In this document: positions 37,505-52,844 of the stretch, piece by piece
Layout: the number at the start of each line of letters is the position of its first letter
Position numbering within the stretch: the first letter of the stretch is position 1
NCBI GenBank assembly: GCA_964016885.1
Contig: OZ024742.1
Coordinates: forward strand, 211,544,001 to 211,608,000
From: Eledone cirrhosa
Lineage: Eukaryota
DNA: 64,000 nucleotides
Direction of reading: 5' to 3'
Made by a program: the position numbers and the translations under genes
Notes under the pieces: generated by a model
Told to the model about the DNA's origin: nothing
The model's input: the letters and a program-made list of their open reading frames with translations, nothing else
Database searches by the model: none

Positions 37505-40500
37505 CACAAAGCCACAAACACACAACCACCAACACAAATAACAACAGAAACACCACCACAATCACCCCCCCAACTACCAGCAAAACAAACACCAACACCA
37601 CCCCAAACACAAATGCCCACCATAAAAAGAAACCTACAAAATGAACAATAACCCCCCCCCCCCGTCCCGAAAACAAAACCACGACATCACTCCAAACAAA
37701 CACCTACAACAAAACGAAAGCTCACACAAGAACAACAGACAAAAGCCAACACAACACAAGAACATTACACATACATAAACAGTGAAAACAAAACTTTAAT
37801 GGAGGTCATCTCCCCCGACCCTTCGGTGAAAACCGAAGGGAAAATTTTTTCGAACTGTGCAGACCGACCTAATTTAAAGATGATTAGGGTCCCTACGGAC
37901 ATCTATAAGTCTTTAAAGGAAAACTTTCCTAAGGACGTGGGTAATCCTTGTGTTAAACCCATTAACCGCGTCCTTTTAAAATGTTTCCCCACCCTCATCC
38001 AAGACACCCCACCCCACCGGACACCCCCTCCCCACCAGACACCCCTCCCACCAAAATCTCTATCTCCACTCCACCAGAAACCACCACCCTACCAAACACC
38101 CCCTCCAACACCCCCATGGACATTGTGCAACCTGGTCCCCAGAAAGCAAGGAGGTGAGTAAATTCTTTCCTCTTCTTTTCTAACTCTTCCTCACTGACAT
38201 AGCGAATGTAAAAGTCGGTTGTGTGAATGTGCGCGGCCTGGGGATGCCCTGGAAACAGGGCAAACTCCTAAACGACCTCAGGTCACACAGTATGGATGTA
38301 ATTGCTACCTGCGAGTCCAGGATCCACAGCGAGTGACAGCTAGCTCCCATCTTCGATGACTATGAGATCTTCGCATCTCTATGTCAGCCGGGAGGTGGGG
38401 GCGGGGTTGCCGTTTTGCTGAGGAAACACCTGGGACTCGTAACACAGACGATACATCTGGACCCGGAGGGTCGATTGGTGGTCCTAGGCTGGTGGCTGCA
38501 TATGCCCCATCCGGAACTCCGCAGCCAGACTTCTTCAAACGTCTAGAGACTTTTCTGGGAACGTCCCATCCTTGCTTTTAGTGGGGGACTGGAATGGAAT
38601 CCTAGATGCACGTTGGGACTATGTGGGAGCATGTCCCGATAAAGAGGGTTGTAACAGCCTCAAACAGTTAATCGGCCGATTTGAGCTGGCCGATAGATAT
38701 CGACTAGATTTTCCGACTGTGCCACTGTGGACTAATCGCAGCGGAACATCTAGATCGTACCTAGATAGAGTTTTAGTTAGAAAGAAGGATAGGGACATGT
38801 TAAGCTGTCCACAAATGTTCATGGTTGCCTATTCAGATCACAAATTAGTGACCTGCTTAGTCAACCTTGACAAAACCCACAGACAGGGACCCGGCTACTG
38901 GAAGCTGAACTTGTCGTTACCGACATGCAAAGCCTGCAGTAGATGGATTAGCACGTTAGTTAAGCAGCACTTGACGGGGGCCATTGTCAACAACAGATGG
39001 TGGTACTCTCTCAAGAGGGCAATTAGATTAGACTCGATAGGTTTTAGTAATGAATTAGCGTTAGATAGAAATAAGACCGAAAAGGAACTGGTAGATAAAG
39101 TAGAAGAGGCACTTAGGAGTGGCAACGTAGCCGGCGTGCTAGCGATGAGAACGGTCTTGGACCAGTTCTTCGATGCAAAGCACGAAGGCTGCGTTGTCAG
39201 AAGCAAAATACGTGCTCTGGGTAACGAGGGAGCCAAAGCTGTTAGCTGGGCCTGAGTGACGGAGGCGAAAAGCGGCAACAAGTCCACGATTCGGTCTTTA
39301 AAGGACCAAGACGGATGCGTGATACATAAGCCGAAGCAGATGTGCACGGCTTTTCAGCGGCACTTTGCTCAACTGTTCGGGCAGGGCGGCACGCCGGGAG
39401 GGGCTATGGATTTCGGTTCATACCTCGACGGCCTGCCGCGGATCTCAAACAGCGAGCGAAGTTCTGCGAAAGGCCGATTTCATTCGCTAAGATAGGGGAG
39501 GCTTGTCTGGAAGGACGAGAATAAGGGGGATGACATAGGCAACTTCCGGCCCATAACTGTGCTAAACACAGAGTTACAGATTTTGGCCAAGGTGTTGGCA
39601 AAGAGGCTGGCGCTTGTCGTCGAAAACCTGGTGGGAGAAGCGCAGACATGCGCAATCCAGACCAGTTCCATACACGACAACCTCCACCTCATGCAATACA
39701 TCGTAGAGAGGGTAGGGTGTAAACCCGGCTTCGGTGGGGCCCTGATCAACTTGGATCAGTCTAAGGCTTTCGATAGGGTTGACCATCGTTACCTGGATGC
39801 GGTGCTCGAGGCGGCAGGCTTCGGACCTGTGTTCAGGGGCTGGATTGCTGCAATGCACAACAGCAACATCTGCTCAAGGGTCAAGGTGAACGGCTACTTC
39901 TTGGAGCCGTTCCATATCACGCGATCCATCCGACAGGGATGCCCGCTCTCCTCCCTTCTGTACGTACTGACTCTCGAGCCACAACTGCGGAAGTTGGAGC
40001 TATTGCAGGGCATCCCTCTAGAACCAGGACTGCGGAAAGCGGCGTCGGCCCACGCCGACGACGTGACAGTAATTGTGTCGAGCACCTCGCAAATCAATGA
40101 AGTCGGCACCCTACTGAAGGAATACGAAAGGTTCACAGGAGCGAAGCTGAACCGGGACAAGTCTATCGGTTTGCAACTCGGATGCCTTCCGATGGCGTCG
40201 TCGGTCGCTGGACAGAAGGACCGGTGAAGCTGCTAGGGGTCTGGTTTGGTCCGGACCTCCAGGTGGAGAAGAACTGGAACGAGGTGACGGCCAAGCTGTT
40301 TGCACTCACCCAGAAGTGGGCCGAGTGCAAACTATCCTTGAAAGGTCGAGCGGAGGTGGTGAACACTTTTATAGCGTCTGTCATCTACTACCTCTTCACC
40401 AACGGAGGGCTGGGGATGTCGTGGCTGATGATGCGCAAACACGCGCTCAGGCTGCGGCACCTCCACGTATTCCTTACCGGACAACCGGTGTGTGCCCCGT

Positions 40501-41535
40501 TCATGAGGCGAGCCTTGCCACGACTCATCTCGCTGACCGAGCTGCAGTCCTGGATCAAGCAAAGACTGAGGAAAATGGGCGACTGGCACATCGAATGTGC
40601 TCAGGCGCTCACAGCCATCTGGCAGGCGGACCCGGCAATCAGTGGAGACTCTACTCCGTCATTCTACAGAGGGTTGGTCCGCAGCAAGTGCAACGACGCG
40701 CTCGGAGAAACTCTAGGCGTAGAGGAAGACGAACTGGCCAGTCTGTTTGGAAGGACCTTCAGCCCGGGCCCGATGGACAACTTCCAAAAGTCCCTGGCCT
40801 GGCAGTGCTACCGAGGAGCTCTACCAGTTCGAGACAAGCTCTACAGACACGGGCGCCCGGGCAGGGATCCCTCGAAAAAGATCTGTCCGAGATGCGTTCG
40901 AGACAAAGAAACCGTCGCGCACGCATTCGTACACTGCCTGGGCATTACCGACCTGTGGGGCTATGTAGAACGACTATTGTCGCGGGTGGGACCAATCCGG
41001 TTGACCACCGAGTCCATCGTCATGATTAAACCGCCACCCTCCCTCAAAAACGAAGGAGAGGCGGTTTTCCTTTGTGTGATAGCTATGGCGAAAGAGGTTG
41101 TATGGTGGACAGGTTAAAAGGGCTGAGGTCAGACACCTTTCTCTCCGGCCAACAACTGATTCTTTTTTTCAAATACCATTTTAGAAGAAGAGTCAGGATG
41201 GAGAGAGAGGTGCTGTACCACAGCAAGTTTTATGAAAGGTGGGTGAAAGTGGCGAGAATGGCCCGAGTGAATGGGCCTTCTCTCTATATCAGCCTGTAGG
41301 TTGAGCAAAAAGAGGAAGAGAGGAAAGGGGTACTCACTCTTTGTACTCCTGGAGATGATGGTTGCACATTTTTTCGGGGGTATGTGTTACCCATATGTAA
41401 TTCCTCCCCTATTGGGGAAAATCGATTAATTTTTAAATTGCATTTGTGATAGTATCTTACACGTTTTTATTGTATGTAAACTTCCCCCTTTGTATTTGTC
41501 CCCTTCTTTTGTGCCCCTGTGGCTAATAAAGAAAT
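37505..41535 (+). mobile_element. Tx1/L1-clade LINE, near full length with deletions and stops
   Basis: ORF1-like remnant 37799-38161. ORF2: VGCVNVRGL, LVGDWN, SYLDR, SDHKLV, GPGYWKLN (APE); NFRPITVLN, LDQSKAFDRVDH, RQGCPLS, AHADDV (RT); CPRC..ETVAHAFVHC. Ends with AATAAA then (TATC)n. Confidence 0.92.
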
Positions 41536-41536
41536 A

Positions 41537-41593
<57 letters not shown>

Positions 41594-41594
41594 G

Positions 41595-43329
41595 GAAGCG
41601 CAGACATGCGCAATCCCGACCACGTCCATACACGACAACCTCCACCTCATGCGATACATCGTAGAGAGGGTAGGGTATAAATCCGGCTTCGGTGGGGCCC
41701 TGATCAACTTGGATCAGTCTAAGGCTTTCGATAGGGTTGACCATCGTTACCTGGATGCGGTGCTTGAGGTGGCAGGCTTCAGACCCGTGTTTAGGGGCTG
41801 GATTGCTGCAATGCACAACAGCAACATCTGCTCAAGGGTCAAGGTGAACGGCTACCTCTTGGAGCCGTTCCATATCACACGATCCATCCGACAGGGATGC
41901 CCGCTCTCCTCCCTTCTGTACGTACTGCCTCTCGAGCCACAACTGCGGAAGTTGGAGCTATTGCAGGGCATCCCTCTAGAACCAGGACTGCGGAAAGCGG
42001 CGTCGGCCCACGCCGACGACGTGACAGTAATGGTGTCGAGCACCTCGCAAATAGAGGAAGTTGGCACCTTACTGAAGGAATACGAAAGGTTCACAGAAGC
42101 TAAGCTGAACCGGGACAAGTCCATCAGTTTGCAACTCGGATCGTGGAGAGGCAGACCGATGCCTTCCGATGGCGTCATCGGACGCTGAACAGAAGGACCG
42201 GTGAAGCTGCTCGGGGTCTGGTTGTGCCCGGACCTCCAAGTGGAGAAGAACTGGAACGAGGTGACGACCAAGGTGTTTGCACTCACCCAGAAGTGGGCCG
42301 AGTGCAAACTATCCTTGAAAGGTCGAGCGGAGGTGGCGAACACTTTTATAGCATCCGCCATCTACTACCGCTTGACCGTCGTGCCTTGTCCAGCCAAAAC
42401 GCTCACCAAAATGGAGCGCGCACTCTTCCAATTCCTTTGGAAGAAGCAGGCTCCTTTGGTGAGAAGATCCATCTGCTGCCAACACCCTTCCAACGGAGGG
42501 CTGGGGATGTCGTGGCTGATGATGCGCAAACACGCGCTCAGGCTGCGGCATCTCTACCTATTCCTCACCGGACAACCGGTGTGGGCCCCGTTCGGGAGGG
42601 GAGCCTTGCCACAACTCGTCTCGCTGACCGAGCTGCAGTCCTGGGTCAAACAAAAACCGAGGAAAATGGGCGACTGGCACATCGAATGGGCTCAGGCACT
42701 CACAGCCATCTGGCAGGCGAGCCCGGCGATCAGTGGCGACTCTACTTCGTCATTCTATAGAGGGTTGGTCCGCAGCAAGTGCGACGACGTGTTTGGAGAA
42801 ACTCTAGGTGTAGAGGAAGACGAACTGGCCAGTCTGTTCGGTAGGACCTTCTGCCCGGGACCGATGGACAATTTCCAAAATTCCCTGGCCTGGCAGTGCT
42901 ACTGAGGAGCTCTACCAGTTCGACAAGCTCTACAGACATGGGCGCCCGGGCAGGGACCCTTCGAAAAAGATCTGTCCGAGATGCGTTCGAGACAAAGAAA
43001 CCGTCGCGCACGCATTCGTACACTGCCTGGGCGTTACCGACCTGTGGGGCTATGTAGAACGACTATTGTCGCGGGTGGGACCAATCCGGTTGACCACCGA
43101 GTCCATTTTCATAATCAAACCGCCACCCTCCTTCAAAAACGAAGGAGGGTGGTTTTCCTTTGTGTGATAGCTATGGCGAAAGAGGTTGTATGGTGGACGA
43201 GGTTAAAAGGGCTGAGGTCAGACACTTTTCTCTCCGGCCAACAACTGATTCTTTTTTTCAAATACCACTTTGGAAGAAGAATCAGGATGGAGAGAGAGGT
43301 GCTGTACCACAGCAAGTTTTATGAAAGGT
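41595..43329 (+). mobile_element. Tx1/L1-clade LINE, RT to C-terminus, truncated at both ends
   Basis: Near-identical to 39638-41240 but keeps segments deleted in that copy; begins directly after (TATC)n. Confidence 0.92.
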
Positions 43330-43407
43330 ATATAAATAAATATGCACACACATATATAAACACACAGAAACACATATATATAAATAAACACACACACATA
43401 TATATAA

Positions 43408-43438
<31 letters not shown>

Positions 43439-43615
43439 CACACATGCACACATATATACAAGCATACAGGAACACACACACATACATATAAACCCACACA
43501 CACAAACATATATATATATAAACACACATACACATATATAAATAAATATGCACACACACATATATAAACACACAGAAACACATATATATAAATAAACACA
43601 CACACATATATATAA

Positions 43616-43662
<47 letters not shown>

Positions 43663-43880
43663 TGCACACATATATACAAACACACACACAAATATTTATA
43701 AACACACACACAGACATGTAAACACGCACACACACATAAACAAATACATACACACATATATATATATAAACATACAAACACGCAAACATATTTATAAACA
43801 CACACACATACAAATATATATATATATATATATACATATACACACTTACACACACATGCACATAAACACACACTCGTATA
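43330..43880. repeat. (CA)/(TA) compound microsatellite
   Basis: Directly visible. Confidence 0.9.
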
Positions 43881-43939
43881 CACACCACTTTACTGTGAAA
43901 CCCAATATTAAAACCCAATATTTTCTATCCTCCTACAAT

Positions 43940-45500
43940 TATTTTGTCACTCTCTCTCAAAATATTACCCCTCTCTCACTAAAACATTATTCCTTTCTCA
44001 CCCTCTCTATATACCACTACATGCCTCACTCTCTCTCCCTAGACCAATATTCTCTCATTTTGACCAAACCCCAAAATCCTCTCTCTTTCTCTATATTCCA
44101 CGACATAACTCAATTTCTCTCACTCTCACAATTCTCCCTCTCTCATTTAACCACAAAAATTCTGCCACTAAATTCTCTCCCCATCTCTATTATATTCCAC
44201 TACATATCTTACTTACTTTACCTCTCTTAAATCCCTCTCTCTCACTTGGCCAATAAACTCTCACCTCTCTCTATAGTGCACTACATACCCCACTCTTTCT
44301 CACAATTCCACCTCTCTCACTAGACCACCAAATTCTCTTCTCCTCTCTATATTCCACTACATACTTCACTCTCTTTTACTCTCTTAATTCCCCCTCTCTC
44401 ACTAAACCAACAAATTCCCTCCTGCTCTCTATATCCCACTAGATACCTCACTCACTCTCACAATCCCATTCTCTCACTAGATCACCAATGTCTCTCCCCT
44501 CTCTATAATCCACTACATACCTCTCTTTCTCTCTCACAATACTCTCTCTCTCTCTCACTAAGCCAACAAATTCTCTCCCGCTCTCTGTATCCTACTCCAT
44601 ACCTCACCCTATCTCACAATTCCCCCTCTCTTACTAGACCACCAAATTCTCTCTCCCTCTCTATATCTCACTACATACCTCACTTTCTCTCTCACAATTC
44701 CCCCTCTCTCACTAAACCAAAAATCTCCCTCCCACTGCACACCTCACTCTCTCACAATTCCCTCTCTCTCACTAGACCACCAATCAATCTCCCCCTCTCT
44801 ATATCCTACTACATACCTCTCTCTCTCACTCAGCCACCAAATTCCCCCCTCTCTCTATATAACTAAATACCACACTCTTTCTCATTAAACCAGCAAACTC
44901 TCTCCTCTCTTTATCCTACTACATAGCTCACTCTCTCTCAATTCCGCTTCTCTCACTAGACCGCAAATCTGTCTCCCCATCTCTATATCTCACTACATAC
45001 CTCACTCGCTCTTACAATTCCCCCTCTCTCACTTGGCCACCAAAATTCTCTCCTTTTCTCTATATTCCACTACATACCTCACTCTCTGTCACTCTCACAA
45101 TACCTCCTCTCTCCCCAGCCCAATAAACTCTCCCCCCCTCTCTATAACCCACTGTCTATATATTGCACTACATACCGCACTCTCTTTCGCTCTCTTTATT
45201 CCCCCTCTCTCACAAAACCAACAAATTTGCTCCCATTCTCTATATCACACTACATATCACACTCTCTCTCTCTCTCTCTCACAATTTCCCCTCTATCACT
45301 AGATCACCAAATTTTCTTCCCCTCTCTATATTCCACTACATATTTCACTCTCTTTCATTCTCTTAATTCTCCTTTTCTCACTAAACCAACAAATCCTCTC
45401 CCGCTCTCTATATCCCACTACATACCTTACTTTCTTTCACAATTCCCCCTCTCTTATTAGACCACCAAATTCTCCCTCCTTTTCTATATCCCACTACAAT
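43940..45500. repeat. Degenerate pyrimidine-rich minisatellite, ~65-75-bp units
   Basis: Recurring ctctctatatcccactacatacctcactctctcacaattccccctctctcactagaccaccaaattctc; almost no G on the + strand. Confidence 0.85.
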
Positions 45501-45784
45501 ATTTTTACTTTGAAACAAATGTTTTCATCTTCTGTAAAGAACAATAAAGTTCTCCACCCCTCTCCCTTCTTTTGAACCCCTGGGGTGTGGCGGAGATACT
45601 TCTTTTTTTTTTGGTGGTGTGCTTTTGTTGAATTATTTGACAGGAGTTTAAAATATATGGTGGTGGAGGTGGTGGTGGAGTGGTAGTGTTAGTAGTAGTG
45701 TGGTGGTGGTGTTAGTGGTTGTGTAGTGGTGGTGGTAATGTGGTGTTGTTGGTGGTGTTTGTTTATTTTGAATCTATCTATCTA

Positions 45785-46712
<928 letters not shown>

Positions 46713-47295
46713 TATACTACTAAAACTTTGTGATTGTGTGCTTGTCTATAATTTAATACAGCCAAAATGGCGCATAATGGGAAAATACTTTGAAAGGAAG
46801 TTGCCCCTGAAATGGGAATACAAATGGAATAAAACAAGTTTCGCGTAAATTGGAGCATGGGTTCCCGAGATATGGGATTTTTCTGAGTACCTTTATAAAT
46901 AGAGAGAGAGAAAGAGATAGTGGTTGTGTGTGTGAGAGAGAGAGATGATAGTGTTGTTAATTGAAATTATAATAAGTGACTTCAAAGAATCAAATACAGC
47001 ATTACTGTATCTAGCTCGAATTTGGAGATTGAATGTTAAGTCATATGTATCATATAACTTGGGTTAAGACAGGATGTGTGTAGCAAATATTTTCTGCTAA
47101 ATAGGAAAGGTTTCTAAGTGTGTGAGTATATGTGTGTGTGTATCTGTGCGGATGATATGTTTAACCATCATCTCAGTGTGTTTGGCCCTTAACGTATGTT
47201 GTAGCTCTGATTCGCATAAATCATCGAGCGCTTGCCACACATCGGATGTTGATTTTCGTTAATTCCTGTGCTGAAATACGATTCTCGCTAATTTA

Positions 47296-47379
<84 letters not shown>

Positions 47380-47457
47380 TGTGTGTGTGTGATGATGATG
47401 ATATTTATCCTTACCGAGCCCTCTTTGGATTTTAGTCTTCGCATTTATTATTATTAC

Positions 47458-47540
<83 letters not shown>

Positions 47541-47992
47541 ATGTAAAAGGTAAACAGAAATAACAACACAATTGGTACAGTATATCAAAGGAATATATTA
47601 GGTTAACACTTGAAATAGCAGGAAGAGGGTCTTAACGTTTTGGACGCTTGTCCTTCATCAGAAGAAAGAATGAGAAATAAGATAGATTGAAGGGATGGAC
47701 GGGGTGGAATTTGAAAAAATGTCTTTAGATAAAAATAACAGGTACATTCATATGTGTGTGTGTGTCTGCGTGTATCTGTGACCAGTATATATAGGTCACT
47801 GACACCCACACACACATTTAAATATATATATGTATACACACACACGCACATATATGTGGGCCTTCTAATTTCATTTTACATAATATACATGTCTGTGTGT
47901 ATTTTAATTATTTAAAAATTACTTTTAAGTGAACGTGATTTAAAAAAAACATTTTTAAGTGAACGTGACCCAACAGGTCACGGGTGGTCTAG
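46713..47992 (+). mobile_element. Non-autonomous Helitron-like element, unit 2 (head-to-tail, with nested insert)
   Basis: Same body as unit 1; 3' cgtgacc-caaca-ggtcacg hairpin then CTAG|T. Confidence 0.7.
47630..47665 (-). ncRNA. Hammerhead with a G12>A core mutation
   Basis: tctt CTGATGA aggac-aagc-gtcc AAAA cg TT aaga. Confidence 0.6.
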
Positions 47993-48114
47993 TGTACAAT
48001 AAAAACCTGAATATATGTAAACGAAACTTCATTGTTTTTCTTAATATATACACATTGCCTGTGCATTGAGTGCTTATATTGGTACCACCATCAGATATTC
48101 ACTGAATTACAAAC

Positions 48115-48167
<53 letters not shown>

Positions 48168-48854
48168 TCCTTGAACAAGACACTTTATTTCACATTGCTC
48201 CAGTTTACTCAGCTGTAGAAATGAGATGATAGGGACTGGGGTCCCTATCATTCCACTGCAAAGTGGTCGTGGGGGTGCCACGGCAAAAAAGCACCCAGCA
48301 CTCACTGTAAATGAGGTTGGTGTTAGGAAGGGCATCCAGCTGTAGAAATCATGCCAGAATCAGTTCCCATCCCACCCTTGCAAGCAGAGAAAAGCGGACA
48401 TAAAATGATGATGATGATGATATATTGTATGTGATTCAGTGAATATATATAATATGTACATGTGTGTCTGTGTAGGTGAGATGTTACTGGTTAATTATTC
48501 AACTTAGTACTCTATACTTATAAAAGTATGAGGTAAGTTTTATATATCCTGTCTATTCACTGTAATGAATTCACTCTTTCTATTAACATTTAAAGCGCTG
48601 TCGGCGACAAATTGCGACCATAGAGTAATCTCCCCTTAATACATAATGCAGTGTCAAGGGAGAAATTCACAAAAAAATTCAGAGCATTAGAGGTTAAGTA
48701 GTTGTTCATAAGCAAACAATATGTTTATGGTTTCCTTGGAGCAGAAGTTGCATGGATGGTGTCATCTAGTATATGGTTTAGCCCGAGTCAACATATTCCA
48801 TTGTAACTTGAAAGGTGAAAGGTGAAATCTTTTTTATATAAGTTCCATACGTAC

Positions 48855-48935
48855 CTGAATAATGTAGAACTTCACAAGAGCCAACCAAATTAGATAACCG
48901 GACAAAGACTTAGACAACGTGTCAGCAACAGCCAT
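48855..48935 (-). CDS. Candidate first coding exon of a host gene (signal-peptide/anchor-like)
   Basis: aatATGg start; MAVADTLSKSLSGYLIWLALVKFYIIQ ends at a CAG|GTACGT donor; lies in non-repetitive sequence. No homology recognised. Confidence 0.35.
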
Positions 48936-49658
48936 ATTATTTATCCAAATATTAGCCTAATCTAGAACCATTCCACTACACCTACACAACACACATGACA
49001 TCTGAACAGCACACAAACTGAATAAAACACACAAAAACTTGTAGGTTATAAAATATAAAATAGGTTAACTGCCAACACCACAAACTTTAATTATATATAC
49101 AACTGTTTCTATCTACTTCATTCTCAACATGTATCTGTTTATAACATTTGATCAACTTTCCCCTCCCCCTTTTTCTTTCTTTCTTGGTCAAATCAAAGAG
49201 TCCCCTTCTGATAGGTTTCCTTGCCTGTCAATCAAAAAGAGTTAGATTTGAACCAAACTAAATCAAACATATTTTCTCCTTTGCTATCAAAACAGTAGAA
49301 GATTAACTAAGACAGAGGATACTTATAATATATATATATATATATATATATCTGTTTGTGATAGGGAAGGAGTATGTGCATTTTTAGTTTATGTGGTATG
49401 TGTGTTTAAAGGGTTAGGGAATTATATATAAAAGAGGGAAGGAATTTCTCCCGCATACTTAAAACACCCACTTACCACAAATCAACAATCAAACCTACCT
49501 ACCCCATACACACCCATTTGGCACTCCATCACAAATAAATAGATTTTCTCACCATTCTTCTATGACTCTGACCTACATAAACCGATTTAAGACATCTAAT
49601 TCCACCACATGACACAACCAGATGAAGCAACCAAGTTGAAACTGCGAAGCTAGTGTCG

Positions 49659-49690
<32 letters not shown>

Positions 49691-49998
49691 TAAGTTAAGG
49701 TATCATAACATATATGATATGTATGATGATTATGTTTCTCAGTATAAAAGTTCAATGGATGTTTTCCCAGAGCATCGACAATTCAAATTAAAAGATATAT
49801 GTATATATAGAGAGAGAGAAAGAGCCGTATATCGTTTGAGAAACACATAGTATTTTGTACATATATATATAAAGCATATAATATTTAGACAAAATACATA
49901 CTTTAAGAAGGAAAAGTTCTTATTTTCCTATGGTACCATTTCATAGTTCATAAACTGGTCTTCTTCGTCCCCCCTCCTCCTCCTTCGTCTCCCCCCTC

Positions 49999-50251
49999 CT
50001 CTTCTTCTTCTTCTTCTTCTTCTTCTTCTTCTTCTTCTTCTTCTTCTTTGCCCACTTATTCCTGAGAGGGTCATGGGGGCAGAGTCCTCAAATACTCCTT
50101 CCAGCAGGTCCTGTCAGAAGCAACCATCTCCAACTGATCCCATTGGATCCCCTAACGAAACCAGCCAAGCTCATGGATGTTATCCAACCATTCTACTCCT
50201 GGATCTCCTGCTGGTTGGTTTTGCCTGTAAAATTTGCCCAGCAATTCTTTC
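49999..50251 (-). mobile_element. Short RTE-derived 3'-end retroposon with (GAA)n tail
   Basis: Homologous to 29395-29680. Confidence 0.7.
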
Positions 50252-50812
50252 ATATGTATATATATATATAATACAGAGAAGAAAACACAAAAAGGGGTAT
50301 GTTAGTTGAGCTTTTTAAGTTGAATGGTTATAGGCTGCTAATTCCAGTCGTTTTTGTATCCATTCAAGCCACTATGTACTGTCTTGCGTGCATGTTTTCG
50401 TCTCTTCTCTCACCATGTGCAATATATCAGTTGTCTAAAATCTCTTTAGAAGTGTTGACCATATCGTCTTTACACCTGCCAATAAGCCCTGAGAGGTTAT
50501 GGTACCGACACTGTTAATGGCAAAACATTCTCTTCTTTGAGTTTGTCCAAGTGTTTTATAGTTATAAAGGTGTGTCTATGCATTTTAATTTACCTTTTTA
50601 ATTATTATGTATTTTCCACACTTTTCGTAGACTTTATGCTTTTCACTCTAGTGGTTTTATACCCCTCGTAATTGAAAACATACCCATTTTTGTGTTTTCT
50701 TCTCTATATAATGTATTATGAAGAGCCTGGTACTTATTCCTGGAGCTCATTAAATTACAGGGGATTAACATGAGTCTTTAATTCCGTTTTTTATTTGATA
50801 TATATATATATA

Positions 50813-52836
50813 GATATTGTTGGGGAGAAGTGTGTCCGTAATGATGATGGTGTACTTGCCATCACTGATGCTGATAAGAAGGTAGCTTGGAAGTGTCACT
50901 ATGAGAGGCTACTAAATGAGGAGAATAAATGGGAAAAAGATAGTCTGCTCCAAATCGATCCAATAGAGGGACCAGCAGTGCAAGTTGAAGGTAGTATAAT
51001 AAGTAAGGCAATCAAAGATATGAAGACAGGCAAGGCAGCAGCTGGGCCTTCAGAGATAGTTGCTGAGATGTTGAAGGCATCTGGAATGGTGGGACATATT
51101 ATGGTCACCCGGATAGTAAACCAAGTCATACAGAATGGGGTCATACCAAATGACTGGCATAGCAGCATCATCATTAACTGCTACAAGGGTAAAGGAGATG
51201 CCCTAGATAGGGGAAACTATGGAGGCATTAAATTGATTGACCAGGTCATGAAGGTCACAGAAAGAGTTATAGCGCAACTAATCAGAGAGCGAAATGATCT
51301 AGATGCAGTTTGGGTTTAGTCAGGTAAAAGTACCATGGACACTCTTTTCCTTGTACAACAACTACAGGAGAAGTACCTAGCTAAAAGTAAACCCCTATAC
51401 TTAGCTTTTGTTGATTTGGAGAAAGCCTTTGACAGAGTCCCCCGCTCCATTATCTGGTGGACTCTTAGAAAACTAGGTGTTGATGAATGGCTTGTGAGAG
51501 CTATACAAGCCATTGTATAAAGAAACAGTCAGTAAGGTTAGAATTAACAACGAATATAGTGAAGAATTCAGCGTAAAAGTTGGTGTCCATCAAGGCTCTG
51601 TCCTTAGCCCCCTCCTATTTATTATTGCCCTTCAGGCTATAACAGAGGAGTTTAAGACCAGCTGCCCATGGGAATTTCTATATGCAGATGATCTAACTCT
51701 CATAGCTGAATCGATGGCTGAACTAGAGAAGAGGTTCCAAACATGGAAGCATGGCCTAGAATCAAAAGGCCTTAAAGTTAACTTGTCTAAGACTAAAGTT
51801 CTAGTATGTAGAAAGGAAAATAGAGTACAGGTACCCTCCGGCAAATGGCCATGCTCAGTGTGTAGGAAAGGAGTAGGCAGAAATTCCATATTATGTCTCA
51901 AATGCAAACTATGGGTACATAAAAGATGTAGATTTTAAGCTATCTAAGAACATAGATTTTATATGTGGCAGGTGCTCAGGTGTAATAAGTAGCAAGTGCC
52001 CACGGGATACTAGCTCCTTCTATTGCCCAGATGGCTCTATAGAAATAGTGGACACCTTCCGTTACCTGGGTGACAAAATCAGCAGTGGTGGAGGGTGCTT
52101 TGAAAGTACAGTAGCCAGAGTCAGAACGGGATGGAAAAAGTTCAGAGAGCTTATACCACTATTGACCACTAAAGGTTTCTCTCTAAAAATGAAAAGAAGA
52201 TTGTATGATGCCTGTATACAAACAGTAATGTTACATAGCAGTGAGACATGGGCTTTGTGTGCAGAGGATCTGCACAGACTGGAGAGGAACGAAGCATGCA
52301 TGCTCCATTGGCTGTGTAATAATAATATATGTGAACGGCAAAGCATAAATGAACTAAGTGAGGAATTAGGAATAAGAGGGATCAGATGCTGTTTACTCAA
52401 AAGAAGACTACGTTGGTGTGGTCACGTGATGGGCATGAAAGACGACAGCTGTATAAAAAAGTGCAGGGCGATCAAAATTGATGGAAGTTACGGAGTAGGT
52501 AGACCCAGAAAAACATGGGATGATTTGATAAATTCCGACTTCACACACTTACACCTCTCTAAGACAATGTCACTGGACTGAGATCTTTGGCGCTACGCAG
52601 TAATACAGAAGACCCGCCTTGCCTATGTACAAAGCGAAACCTACAGTCAATAGGCACCTCTTTACCAAATATATACCCCATTCCACTAACCCTACTCCAC
52701 CCCACCCCCACTCCCACCAACACCACCCCTTTCTCTGTAAAGTTATGTTGGTACCACAACATCCAGTCCAAAATAAATGAGGCCGTGTAGGTGCCATGAC
52801 AAAAACACACAGTCCACGCTGTAATGTGGCCGTCTG
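50813..52836 (+). mobile_element. RTE-clade LINE, 5'-truncated
   Basis: YKGKGDALDRGNY.GIKL, FVDLEKAFD, HQGSVLSP, LYADD, zinc-finger insert, GRPRKTW; same family as 21517-23294. Confidence 0.92.
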
Positions 52837-52844
52837 TATTACTG

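Noticed and set aside
49611-49660. Hammerhead-like cagatga...gaaa motif
   Set aside because: The core is mutated, there is no valid NUH triplet and no convincing stem I.
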